Assembly (NCBI GenBank): GCA_001769835.1
Contig: MEPR01000039.1
Location: 56,101-120,100, forward strand
DNA length: 64,000 nucleotides
Origin: Bdellovibrionales bacterium GWB1_55_8
GTDB taxonomy: Bacteria; Bdellovibrionota; UBA1018
Direction of reading: 5' to 3'
Positions 44,147 through 53,590 of the stretch are shown piece by piece. Both the position numbers and the translations under genes were made by a program. How positions within the stretch are numbered: the stretch's first letter is position 1; each line of letters opens with the position of its first letter. A model generated the notes under the pieces. It searched no databases, had not been told where the DNA came from, and worked only from the letters and a program-made list of their open reading frames with translations.

Positions 44147-45847
44147 TTATGCCGTTGCCGATGCCGACGGGGACCGCTTATTACCGTCTTCGTCGGATTT
44201 CTTGCGTGAGGTATCCAGTACCATCCAGTCCTTGATGATCAAGGCTGCCTTGTGCGGATTGGAATCGACGAGAGTGATCACCTTCTCGCGAATCATCTCG
44301 CCTTCGGTCTTCTCAGGATCCATCTTCTCCGGAATCACGGGAACCGCCTCCTCAAGCCCCGGCAGATTGCCGCTGGTCTGAAGTCTTTCGAGTTCCTCGA
44401 TTGTCTGAGGCAGGAAGGTATCGACGCTGTCGATCGTGTTCTCGGTGAGCCACTTCATGAAAGGACGAACCACGAGGAAGAAGAAGAGCGCGATCGTAAG
44501 ACCCACTACCGCGTAGAGGATCATGTTCTGCAGATAGCTCTTCCGCTCTTTCTCGGCGACGATCTTCTGGGCTTCATCGAAATCCTCGCGCGTGAACTCC
44601 ATGGTCTTGACCTCAAGCGCGTCGCCGCGCTTGCGATCAATGCCGACGGTGCTTGCGACGATGGATTCGAACTCAGCGAGCTTCTCTGCCGACCAGGGCT
44701 CAACCTTGCTCAGGGTCTTTCCATCCTCGCCTACGGTCTTCACGGTCTTTCCATCCACCATGACCGCCACTGAAAGACGCTTCACGGTACCCGACGGGCG
44801 GGTAGTGCGACGAATGGTTTTGGGCACTTCGTAATTGACGACTTCGTTACTCTTGGTCGTCTCGTTGCGGATGGCGCCATTCGCGGCCGGCAATTCACCT
44901 GGCGTGTTCGAAACGGCTCCCGCCACCCCGTAAGGGCCGGGGCGAGTGCCGCTCATGTTGTCATTTCGCTTCTGGACGGAAAGAACAGCCGACCCGTCCG
45001 CATCGACGAAAGTCTGGGTTTCAGCAACCTGAGAGAAGTCGAGTTCCGCCGATACTTTCGCCACGACGTGCCCCTCGCCTACCACTCGCGAAAGAATCGA
45101 CTCGATCCGCTTTTCCATCTCGGATTCGACCTTCGTCTGGAAATCGAGCTGGGTTGCCGTGGCGGCGGCCAGCGGGTCCGAGGGGTTTTTCGAGAGCGTC
45201 TTGCCGTTCGAATCCACGATCACGACGTCGGCGACTTCCATGCCCTCGACAGCACGGGCCACGAGGTTCGCGATGCCATAAACCTGCTTGTCATTCAGGA
45301 CAACACCCGGCTCCAGATCCAGAACCACTGATGCCGTGGATTTCTTCTGGTCTTCCACGAATGTGCTCTTCTGAGGCGTCGCCAGATGGACACGCGAGCG
45401 GCGTACGCCCTTGATCGAGGCAATCGACCGCATGAGTTCGCCCTCGAGGGCGCGCTTCTGATTGACCTTCTGGACAAAACTCGTGGTACCGAGCGACTGC
45501 TTGTCGAAAACCTCATAACCGATCGTGCTCGACTGCGGAAGCCCCATGGTCGCAAGCTCGAGGCGCAGCTGATAGATGTCTTCCGAAGGAACCAGGACGT
45601 TCTTGCCAGTCTGGTCCATCTTGAACGGGATCCGCTTTTCGCGAAGAACACGAATGATGTTACTGGCATCCTCCGGATTCAGATTGGTCATGAGAGGGGT
45701 GTAAGTCGTCTCTCCCGCCCAGAAGAAAAGCGCCGAAAGGCCCACGATGATTCCGGCCGTGGTCATGCCGACCGCGACCTTCTTCACCGGACTCAAGCCC
45801 TTCAGAAACTCGTCGATCTGCCCGAAGATTTTCTTGAAATATTCCAT
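44147..45847 (-). CDS. fliF: Flagellar MS-ring protein FliF
   Basis: 566 aa with an N-terminal TM, a YscJ/FliF domain (…RIPFKMDQTGKNVLVPSEDIYQLRLELATMGLP…) and a C-terminal TM. Confidence 0.9.
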   Translation of the reverse strand: MEYFKKIFGQIDEFLKGLSPVKKVAVGMTTAGIIVGLSALFFWAGETTYTPLMTNLNPEDASNIIRVLREKRIPFKMDQTGKNVLVPSEDIYQLRLELATMGLPQSSTIGYEVFDKQSLGTTSFVQKVNQKRALEGELMRSIASIKGVRRSRVHLATPQKSTFVEDQKKSTASVVLDLEPGVVLNDKQVYGIANLVARAVEGMEVADVVIVDSNGKTLSKNPSDPLAAATATQLDFQTKVESEMEKRIESILSRVVGEGHVVAKVSAELDFSQVAETQTFVDADGSAVLSVQKRNDNMSGTRPGPYGVAGAVSNTPGELPAANGAIRNETTKSNEVVNYEVPKTIRRTTRPSGTVKRLSVAVMVDGKTVKTVGEDGKTLSKVEPWSAEKLAEFESIVASTVGIDRKRGDALEVKTMEFTREDFDEAQKIVAEKERKSYLQNMILYAVVGLTIALFFFLVVRPFMKWLTENTIDSVDTFLPQTIEELERLQTSGNLPGLEEAVPVIPEKMDPEKTEGEMIREKVITLVDSNPHKAALIIKDWMVLDTSRKKSDEDGNKRSPSASATA

Positions 45848-45907
45848 TATCCCTTTACCCCGTCATTACCACTGAAGAATTCTGCCCTATTCCGTCAAAA
45901 CCGAGAA

Positions 45908-46315
45908 CTACACCTGCATCCGCATGATTTCGCGGTACGCATCCAGGATCTTATTGCGGACCTGAAGCGCCAATTTCAAAGACGTATCGGCGCGCTCGAT
46001 CGTCAGCATTGTTTCATGAATATTCTTATTCCGTCCGGCAACCATTTCCTTGATCGCCCGGTCGGCCTCATGCTGGTCCTGATTCACCTGATCGAACGAA
46101 TTCCGAAGCATCTCGGAAAAAGTCTTCGCGTTATCGCCGGCGGTGGAAGCCTCCCCGCCCGCTCCGACAGCGAAGCCTCCCGGAGGCTCCATGCCTTCCG
46201 AGCGCATCGCGCGTAGTGCCGAGGCTTCCGAGGCGAATTCCCCTCCTGCGCCAGCGGCACGGGAGGTCTCACCCTGAAGAACCGGCGCCAGATTTTCAAG
46301 TCCAAGAGTCGACAT
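45908..46315 (-). CDS. fliE: Flagellar hook-basal body protein FliE
   Basis: 135 aa with a C-terminal FliE signature (…AIKEMVAGRNKNIHETMLTIERADTSLKLALQVRNKILDAYREIMRMQV). Confidence 0.8.
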   Translation of the reverse strand: MSTLGLENLAPVLQGETSRAAGAGGEFASEASALRAMRSEGMEPPGGFAVGAGGEASTAGDNAKTFSEMLRNSFDQVNQDQHEADRAIKEMVAGRNKNIHETMLTIERADTSLKLALQVRNKILDAYREIMRMQV

Positions 46316-46325
46316 TCATCACTCC

Positions 46326-46763
46326 TTAGCGGCCGATTTCCAGAGCCTTCTGGGCCATGGCCTTTGCCGCGTTCAGGGCCGTTATGTTCGCCTCGTAAGA
46401 GCGCTGGGCACTGATCATGTTGGCCATTTCCTCGACCGTATTCACGTTCGGCATGGCCACGTAGCCTTCCTCGTTCGCATCCGGATGCGATGGATTGTAG
46501 ACCATTCTCGGTGCCCTTTGATCCTGCACGATTTCCTGAACGCGAACTCCCTGAACATTTTCGTCGAGTTCGTTCTGAAGGATCTCGCCAAAGCTTTCAC
46601 GATCGGTTTCAGCCGCCAGAAGCGGATCTTTGCGGCGATAGGGTCCGCCCTCTTCGGTTCGCGTGGTCTCCGAATTGGCGATGTTACTCGAAATCGTGTT
46701 CATGCGCGTTGTTTGCGCGTCAAGTCCCGTGGCACTGACTCTCATGGACGAAAAGAAATCCAT
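46326..46763 (-). CDS. flgC: Flagellar basal-body rod protein FlgC
   Basis: …ATGLDAQTTRMNTISSNIANSETTR… N-domain and a conserved C-terminal rod domain. Confidence 0.85.
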   Translation of the reverse strand: MDFFSSMRVSATGLDAQTTRMNTISSNIANSETTRTEEGGPYRRKDPLLAAETDRESFGEILQNELDENVQGVRVQEIVQDQRAPRMVYNPSHPDANEEGYVAMPNVNTVEEMANMISAQRSYEANITALNAAKAMAQKALEIGR

Positions 46764-47179
46764 TACCGGTTACCTCCACCTTCGCTGATCGAATACTTCA
46801 GCATTCCGAGCTTCTTCTTGAGCATCTCGGCCGCAGCGTCATAAAGCAGCTGATTTTCCGTGAGCCTTGCCATCTCCTCGGCGCGATTCACGGTATTGCC
46901 GTCAAGCGATTCCACTCCGTTCGGATCGTCGTAGATCTCGGGTTCGACAGCATCCGTGGAGCGGTGAACGATATGGCGAGGATCCCCTTCGCGTGGCGTG
47001 AGTTCCGTACCCACGCCAAGGGCATCGCGGAGCGCGCCCTCGAACTCCATTTTCTTGGTCTTGTAACCGGGAGTGTCCGCGTTCGCGATGTTGCCGCTGA
47101 TCACGTTCTGATTGGCGAGCCTGAGGTTCAGGGCCGTGTTCAGAGCGCCGATTGTCGGGTCAAATCCGCTGTTTTCCAT
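46763..47179 (-). CDS. flgB: Flagellar basal-body rod protein FlgB
   Basis: …LRLANQNVISGNIANADTPGYK… signature. Start set at MENSGFD. First gene of the minus-strand flagellar array. Confidence 0.8.
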   Translation of the reverse strand: MENSGFDPTIGALNTALNLRLANQNVISGNIANADTPGYKTKKMEFEGALRDALGVGTELTPREGDPRHIVHRSTDAVEPEIYDDPNGVESLDGNTVNRAEEMARLTENQLLYDAAAEMLKKKLGMLKYSISEGGGNR

Positions 47180-47413
47180 AGTGTTCCCCTGCCAGAAACT
47201 CTTCAAGTTACATGCCGCGTCTTCCGATGAGCCCGATGAAGGCATTGCTCGAAATCCGCTGTGGTTCAGGCGTCTTGAAAATTTTCCCCGGATCCTCCTC
47301 TACTTAGTCCCGCTCGCCCCTCGGCAAAAGTTGCCGCTTCCATCTTTTCCCAGGGCAAATACTGCCGTCCCCGTCCATCGCCCGGACGACGATGGCAGCA
47401 TTGCCCTGTTCCA

Positions 47414-48373
47414 CTAAACCTGAATCCCGACCCCGCGATATTCGGCGAGCTTGTTCCGCAAGGTGCGGATCGAAATGCCAAGCGCCTTCGCGGTGTGCGT
47501 GCGATTGCCCGAATGATACGTCAACGCCTGCAGAATCACGTTTCGCTCGATATCGTTCAACGTCTGGCCCGGTTCCCAGTTGCGTTCGACAGCGTCTGCC
47601 ATCTGAGCCGCCGCCATATTCGGCCTGCGCTCGATATGGATATCGCGAGCCAGGATGCCTTCCACACCGGCCGTGATCACCGCGCGCTCGATCACATTCT
47701 CGAGTTCGCGGATATTGCCGGGCCAGGAGTGCGACTCAAGAACCGAAAGGGCTTCGGGTGCGAAACCGCTCAAAGTCTTTCCGTTCTTCTCGGCGTAATA
47801 GGCCATGAAGTTGTTGGAAAGGATCCGCACATCTCCGATCCGTTCGCGAAGCGGTGGCAAAGTCAAATTCACCACGTTCAGGCGGTAAAAAAGGTCTTCG
47901 CGGAAAGAACCCTCACGAACGCAATCCGAAAGATTGCGATTCGTTGTTGCAATGATCCGCACATCCACCGCGATGGGCTTGCGCCCGCCGATCCGGTCCA
48001 CCTCGCCCTGCTGAAGAACACGCAAAAGTTTCGCCTGAAGACGGATATCCATCTCCGAAATTTCATCCAGGAGCAGCGTTCCGCCATTGGCGAACTCGAA
48101 ACGCCCGGCCTTGCTGGAAACCGCGCCCGTGAAAGCGCCGCGTTCATAGCCAAAGAGCTCCGATTCGAGCAGATTCTCGGGGATAGCCGCGCAGTTGATC
48201 GCAACAAAGGGTTTGTTGGCGCGTGTGCTGTGCTCGTGAACCAGACTGGCCACAAGCTCCTTTCCCGTGCCGCTCTCGCCCTGGATCAGTACGGTTGCCT
48301 TGCTCTGGGCCACCGTCCGAGCCAATTGAATCACCTCGCTCATTCTGCGATCCGCAGTGATGATTTCCGTCAT
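47414..48373 (-). CDS. Sigma-54-dependent transcriptional activator (AAA+ EBP plus Fis-type HTH) with no N-terminal regulatory or receiver domain
   Basis: Walker A GESGTGKE, GAFTGA motif, ESELFGYE, an R-finger region and a C-terminal HTH (…RTHTAKALGISIRTLRNKL…). The protein starts only ~20 aa before Walker A. Confidence 0.8.
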   Translation of the reverse strand: MTEIITADRRMSEVIQLARTVAQSKATVLIQGESGTGKELVASLVHEHSTRANKPFVAINCAAIPENLLESELFGYERGAFTGAVSSKAGRFEFANGGTLLLDEISEMDIRLQAKLLRVLQQGEVDRIGGRKPIAVDVRIIATTNRNLSDCVREGSFREDLFYRLNVVNLTLPPLRERIGDVRILSNNFMAYYAEKNGKTLSGFAPEALSVLESHSWPGNIRELENVIERAVITAGVEGILARDIHIERRPNMAAAQMADAVERNWEPGQTLNDIERNVILQALTYHSGNRTHTAKALGISIRTLRNKLAEYRGVGIQV

Positions 48374-51162
48374 TGTCCGCCCTCCTTGGCGTCTCTCTTC
48401 GTGTCATTTGCCAGCGTTTCTGCCGCAAGTTTCTTCCAGAACCCGTCTCCGGCGCCGCTGGCGAGCTTCCTCATCGCCGTCCGGCCCTTTTCAACTTCGA
48501 CTTTCGTCCCTGTCTTCAGTAACGCACGAGCGTTACCGAAAACCGCACGATCGCCGCTCCAACCTTTTTCAATTGCCTTCTCGTACGCGACGGCCGCTTC
48601 GGACCACCGCCCCAGCTTTTCCAAGGCTCCTGCTTCGGCGATCACCAGTGCTTCCAGTGAAGGAGCAGGAGCAAGTCCCAGGGATGATGCCACCACGCTG
48701 CTTTCGCCCCCGGCCCCCTGAATCCTGCCGATCTTCTGCTCAAGGGCGCGAAGGAGCTCAAGCGCCATACGGGAATCTCCGCCTCCGACTTGAAGCATGG
48801 CCACATGGGCCTCGAGCCTGAGCGCGAGGTCACGATCCTTCGCAGCGCTTTCAGGCGCGAGCACCTGGGCTTTTGCCGCATGCGCGAGGGCCGCCGTAAA
48901 ATTCCCTTCACGTTCCTCGAGCAGGGAGAGAATCACGTATTTCTCAAATGAGTAACGGGACTCGTCGGTCACGCCAGCCAGGAGATTCCGGATTTCCGAC
49001 GCCGCGGCTGCCGGAATTTTCGAACTCGCGCCATTTTGGGAAACCCAATTCGCCTTGGCACGCGCGAAGCGCTGCTCGGATGCCCTCGCCTGCTCCTCGA
49101 GATCGTCCGCAGCCTGCTCGGCCGCGATCATCCGTCCGCCATTGCGGGGCGACTTCGAAACAGATTTGTCGTAGAGTTCGGCGAGCTCCTTGCCGACACT
49201 TCCCAGGCCCAGATCGGAACCCGCTCTTGAAAGCGCCAGAAGATAATCAAAGTCGTTTCCAGAATCCTTCAGGAGCATTTCCTTCCGCTCATGATAAAAC
49301 GCGAGCGCTTCATATTTTTTTCCATTCTCCAGCAGCTGCAGAATGGTTTTCCTGAACAGGAAATTCACGATCTTTCCCAGGTAAGGCTGGGCGGCCGAGT
49401 TCGCCGGTTGCGCAAGCTCGCGAAGAGCCAGAGTCACCGCCTGATCATCATGTCCCAGGGTGACAAGCGCGCGGACCTGCGAAAGCGCTTTGAAAGTTCC
49501 ATAGCGCTTCATTTGAATCTCACCCGCACCATCGAAACGCGCGGCATCCTCCCTGAAAAAGCGCTCCATGCCCGCGAGGTCGAACCCTCCCTGATCACCA
49601 CAGGGCACGAGCCTCATGCGAGCCAGCGTCGCCCCCGGGCTGAACGGAAAACGGTTGATCGTTTCATTAAACCAGTGCCGGGATTCGGCGCGTGCCTGCT
49701 CCCCGCCTTTTCTTCCGCTGATCTCGCCCAGTCGGAACGCCGCCCTCCAGCCGGAAGGATGTCCTGGATGTTTTTCGAGAAACTGCGAGAAAGCGTCCTT
49801 GGCCCGGTCATACTGGCCAAGCTGATAGAGAGCTTCCGCACGATTCACAAAAACAGAGGGAAATCCCTTCACCTGTTCCTGAAAGTGACTCAAAGACTCG
49901 TAATAGGAGGCCAGCGCCTGCTCGTATTGGAAGCGGTCCATATACAGATCGCCGACGCGGATCGCGGCTTCCGCCTTGTCGGAATCAGATGGCGCGTTTT
50001 CGATGACCCACTGATACTCTTTGGCCGCGCGCTCGGTCTGCTTCAGGAGATACAGCGACTCGGCCGCCCCAAGGTGAAACACCCAGTTCAGGGAATGTTT
50101 GGGGTGGCGGTTGGCCAGCCAGAAGAAACTCTCCATGGCTGCCAGATGTGAACCCTTTTGAAAACGGCTGTTGGCCAGGAACATGGCCGAATGCAGACCG
50201 ACCGGAGAATCCTTCGCGTCGATCACAAGCTGGCTCAAAATCTCGTCCGACTCACCGGAAAGCCCGAGCTTCACGAGTGCGCTCGCCTTGAGAAGCCGCA
50301 TTTCATACCGGAATTCCGAACCAGGGTGCTCTCGTTCAAAAAACTCGAGCGTCCGGACAGTCAGAGCAGGCTTTCCCTGCTTATAGAGTTCGAGCGCCAA
50401 CCGGACGTACTGTGCGTCTCGCGTTTTCGCCTCGGGAATGAAATAGGAATAATTCTCATCCGGCACCTTTGCGGAGAACCAACGGCCAAAATCAATCTTC
50501 TCGTGGAACGGCAGGAAAGAAAGGAAAACGTCCGTGGAATCCTTCAAGGGTTCGGCACAGAAACCCTGGACAGCACTCTCGGCTTCCTGTCGCGTTTTCT
50601 GGCTCGCGAGCCTCCTGTCTGCCCGCTGCTTGGATTCCATTCGCGCTTTCGACTCAGCCTGGGCCTTCTTCACCCGCGCCCGGGCGGATTCCACTTCCGA
50701 GACCGTCGGGCCCGACTTCCACCAGAAGTCGACCACATAGCGGGGGGCCTTCTCCCGATATTCGAACGTCTCCATGGCCGGAACAGCCGGGGCGTTTCGC
50801 CCGATCGGGTACTTCCATTGACCCCGAATGAGAACCCCACTGGCGGTTTCCTCAAAGCTCAGCCCGGCAAGACGGGGGTCGGCAGCAGCCCGGAAATTCG
50901 CTTTCCACTCTTCTTGCTGGCCGCTCGGCACGCCCAGATCGGTCAATGCGATCCCTTTGAGCAGGATCTCAAAACCCCGGCTGCCATTCTTCCACTCAAC
51001 AGGCACGCTTTCGTCCACGGAAAGGGCCAGGCGGCCATGTGTCTTGAAGGTCTGAATTCTAAGCGCTTCGGCGGAAGCATACGGGGCTGCCAGGGCGGCG
51101 CCCAAGGGAAGAAGGATTCCCATCAGAAGAAGGTCACGGACCGTATTTGGCTTGAGCATCAT
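48370..51162 (-). CDS. Large secreted TPR-repeat protein, 930 aa
   Basis: Signal peptide MMLKPNTVRDLLLMGILLPLGAALAAPYASA. Multiple TPR-like A/L/Y-rich helical repeats. A 4-nt overlap with the downstream EBP gene suggests an operon. Confidence 0.55.
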   Translation of the reverse strand: MMLKPNTVRDLLLMGILLPLGAALAAPYASAEALRIQTFKTHGRLALSVDESVPVEWKNGSRGFEILLKGIALTDLGVPSGQQEEWKANFRAAADPRLAGLSFEETASGVLIRGQWKYPIGRNAPAVPAMETFEYREKAPRYVVDFWWKSGPTVSEVESARARVKKAQAESKARMESKQRADRRLASQKTRQEAESAVQGFCAEPLKDSTDVFLSFLPFHEKIDFGRWFSAKVPDENYSYFIPEAKTRDAQYVRLALELYKQGKPALTVRTLEFFEREHPGSEFRYEMRLLKASALVKLGLSGESDEILSQLVIDAKDSPVGLHSAMFLANSRFQKGSHLAAMESFFWLANRHPKHSLNWVFHLGAAESLYLLKQTERAAKEYQWVIENAPSDSDKAEAAIRVGDLYMDRFQYEQALASYYESLSHFQEQVKGFPSVFVNRAEALYQLGQYDRAKDAFSQFLEKHPGHPSGWRAAFRLGEISGRKGGEQARAESRHWFNETINRFPFSPGATLARMRLVPCGDQGGFDLAGMERFFREDAARFDGAGEIQMKRYGTFKALSQVRALVTLGHDDQAVTLALRELAQPANSAAQPYLGKIVNFLFRKTILQLLENGKKYEALAFYHERKEMLLKDSGNDFDYLLALSRAGSDLGLGSVGKELAELYDKSVSKSPRNGGRMIAAEQAADDLEEQARASEQRFARAKANWVSQNGASSKIPAAAASEIRNLLAGVTDESRYSFEKYVILSLLEEREGNFTAALAHAAKAQVLAPESAAKDRDLALRLEAHVAMLQVGGGDSRMALELLRALEQKIGRIQGAGGESSVVASSLGLAPAPSLEALVIAEAGALEKLGRWSEAAVAYEKAIEKGWSGDRAVFGNARALLKTGTKVEVEKGRTAMRKLASGAGDGFWKKLAAETLANDTKRDAKEGGQ

Positions 51163-51437
51163 GCTCGAAGGTGTCCTTTGCTGTTGTCTCGCTGGTGCCT
51201 TTCAGGTCCTTCATGGACCAGGGGCGCCACCCGGGTTAAAAGCAAGCCTGATGCCATGCGCGGAAAAAATAACCTATCCGGCAAAACTTACCGGAACCTT
51301 CCGTTCGCAATGGGCAATTCCTTCGCCGGCAGAAAAGGGATGCCCGGCAGAGCTTGCCCGAATCTCGGGGGAATTTTGACCCTCCGTCAGAAAACGCCAC
51401 AGTTTACGGCGGGCTTTTGACGGTTTACATTAGCGGA

Positions 51438-51986
51438 ATGCGAACCTCATCCCTGTTGATTCTTCTTCCCCTGCTCCTGTTCCAAACCGCCTGCGGACTT
51501 CTCATCGGGAACGTGAAACCGGTTTCTGAGAAATCCGAGAGTTACCGCATCATGGACCTTTCCCGTGAGTCGGCCGAATGGGAACGAATTGAAGACACGC
51601 AGGGTCCGACAGAAGAAGATGAACCTCTGGCGATTCCGGACGTCGCCTACCAGTCAAAAGTGACCGCCTCCATCATCTCTCTGAATTCAGGCTGCAGACC
51701 GAGCATGGAAGCTTCCGAACAGTCCCTCAAAAATTTCACTGAACAGCTCTTTCTCGGAGTGGGAAAAATCACCTCGCGCGAGGAGCGGGAGATCGTGGCC
51801 GGAGGCGCTCCGGCTCTTGAAACAACCATTTCAGGACGTCTCAATGATGAAAGCGTCAAACTTCGCACGGTCGTACTCCGCGCCGATCGCTGCCTCTATG
51901 ACCTGACTTACGTCGCAAGACCCGAGCAGTTTGAAAAGGATGAGAAGCTCTTCTCCCAATTCGTTGCTTCGTTGCGGCTCAGATAG
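51438..51986 (+). CDS. Hypothetical lipoprotein
   Basis: MRTSSLLILLPLLLFQTAC lipobox. Start chosen at this Met, not at the ORF-track 51354. Confidence 0.4.
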   Translation: MRTSSLLILLPLLLFQTACGLLIGNVKPVSEKSESYRIMDLSRESAEWERIEDTQGPTEEDEPLAIPDVAYQSKVTASIISLNSGCRPSMEASEQSLKNFTEQLFLGVGKITSREEREIVAGGAPALETTISGRLNDESVKLRTVVLRADRCLYDLTYVARPEQFEKDEKLFSQFVASLRLR

Positions 51987-52053
51987 TAACTTTAAGTTTA
52001 TGCCCCTGGCACATCCATCTGGATACAACTTCCTCCGGCGCATCGGAGGCAAG

Positions 52054-52809
52054 ATGATGTACAGCCTTCGCTTTGCCGGAGGCTTCGGTCTTCTTTGCGT
52101 TCAGATCCTCAAAGAACTCTTCACTCCTCCTTTCTACCCCCGGCTTGTCATCCAGCAACTTTTCGCCATCGGCATTCAGTCCTTTCTTCTCGTCGCGGTG
52201 ACGGGTCTCGCCACGGGATCAGTCATGGCTCTGCAATTTGGGTATGGGCTGGCGAAATTCGGGGGCACCCTTTACGTGCCTAAGATCGTCGCTCTCACGA
52301 TTCTTCGAGAGATGGGTCCCGTTTTCACAAGCCTGCTCCTCGCCGGCCGTGTGGGATCAGGGATCGCCGCCGAAGTGGCATCGATGAAAGTCACGCAGCA
52401 GATCGATGCCGTTCGGGCGCTGGGCACGAGCCCTATCAAAAGAATCGTAATTCCCAGGCTACTGGCCGCGCTGATCGCGTTTCCTATCCTCACCCTTTTC
52501 GCGGATTACATCGGCCTTTTCGGCGCGATGCTGGTGAGCCTCCACGACCTTGACATCGATACGGAATATTTCTTTTCCAAAGCCGTCGAATCACTGAGGA
52601 TGTACGACCTCCTCACTGGGATGGCGAAGACGATCGTATTCGCGTTCTTCATTACGGTGACGGCCTGCTGGCGGGGACTCAATACGCAGGGCGGAACAGA
52701 AGGAGTGGGAAACACGACCACCTGGGTGGTGGTGACATCGAGCATTTTCATCATGATCAGTGACTTCTTCCTGACCAAACTTTTCATCGCGACCGTGTAC
52801 CCGAAATGA
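52054..52809 (+). CDS. mlaE: Mla/Ttg2-family ABC transporter permease MlaE
   Basis: Polytopic permease with the conserved MlaE core (…LVAVTGLATGSVMALQFGYGL…REMGPVFTSLLLAGRVGSGIAAEVASMKVTQQIDA…). Start at MMYSL, avoiding overlap with the lipoprotein gene. Confidence 0.8.
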   Translation: MMYSLRFAGGFGLLCVQILKELFTPPFYPRLVIQQLFAIGIQSFLLVAVTGLATGSVMALQFGYGLAKFGGTLYVPKIVALTILREMGPVFTSLLLAGRVGSGIAAEVASMKVTQQIDAVRALGTSPIKRIVIPRLLAALIAFPILTLFADYIGLFGAMLVSLHDLDIDTEYFFSKAVESLRMYDLLTGMAKTIVFAFFITVTACWRGLNTQGGTEGVGNTTTWVVVTSSIFIMISDFFLTKLFIATVYPK

Positions 52810-53582
52810 CCACAACGAGAGACGACAATCAGATGCCAAGCTCCGAAATCGCGCTTGAAGTTCGGGACCTTCACAAGTCTTTCGACGGCAAAAAGGTCCA
52901 CCAGGGCGTCTCTTTCCGATTGCGAAAAGGAGAGATCCTCGGACTGTTCGGCGGCTCCGGCAGCGGCAAAAGCGTCATTCTCCGTTCCATCATCGGCCTG
53001 GAAAAACCCGATCGCGGACAGATCCTCTTCGAAAGCCAGGACCTCACTCGCCTCAAGGAACGTGAACTCATGAAGGTCCGGACGAAGATCGCCTACGTGT
53101 TCCAGAACGGGGCCCTCTTCGACTCTTTCACAGTCGAGGACAATCTCGCCTACCCTCTTCGCGAACACACCCAGCTCACCGAAAAACAGATTCATGACAG
53201 GGTCAACGAGATGCTGGAGCTGATCGACATGAAGGGAGCGAACCTTCTTCTGCCTGCTGAACTATCCGGCGGGATGCAGAAGCGAGCGGGCCTCGCGCGG
53301 GCGATCATTCTTGAGCCCCAAGTGATTCTTTTTGACGAGCCCACTGCGGGCCTCGACCCCGTCAATACCAAGAGGCTTCTCGAAAACATCTCGAAACTGA
53401 AGAAGAAAGGCATCACCGGGATTTTCGTAACTCACGACATTCCGGCCGCCTTCGAAATTGCCGATAGAATCGCTATTCTTTACAATGGAAAAATCGCGAT
53501 CATGGATACCGTGGAGAGCATCAGGAACTCCACGGACCCGCTGGTACAGATGTTCGTGTCCGGCGGTCACATCACGGAGTAA
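52806..53582 (+). CDS. mlaF: ABC transporter ATP-binding protein MlaF
   Basis: Walker A GGSGSGKS, ABC signature LSGGMQKR and Walker B ILFDEP. Confidence 0.85.
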   Translation: MTTTRDDNQMPSSEIALEVRDLHKSFDGKKVHQGVSFRLRKGEILGLFGGSGSGKSVILRSIIGLEKPDRGQILFESQDLTRLKERELMKVRTKIAYVFQNGALFDSFTVEDNLAYPLREHTQLTEKQIHDRVNEMLELIDMKGANLLLPAELSGGMQKRAGLARAIILEPQVILFDEPTAGLDPVNTKRLLENISKLKKKGITGIFVTHDIPAAFEIADRIAILYNGKIAIMDTVESIRNSTDPLVQMFVSGGHITE

Positions 53583-53590
53583 GCGAATCA

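Noticed and set aside
47495-48721. 408-aa plus-strand ORF antisense to the sigma-54 EBP and the TPR protein
   Set aside because: The EBP motifs (GAFTGA, Walker A) are on the minus strand. The plus-strand ORF is featureless.
50158-51420. 420-aa plus-strand ORF antisense to the 5' part of the TPR gene
   Set aside because: Arg/Pro/Gly-rich shadow ORF. The minus-strand frame has a signal peptide and is continuous over 930 aa.
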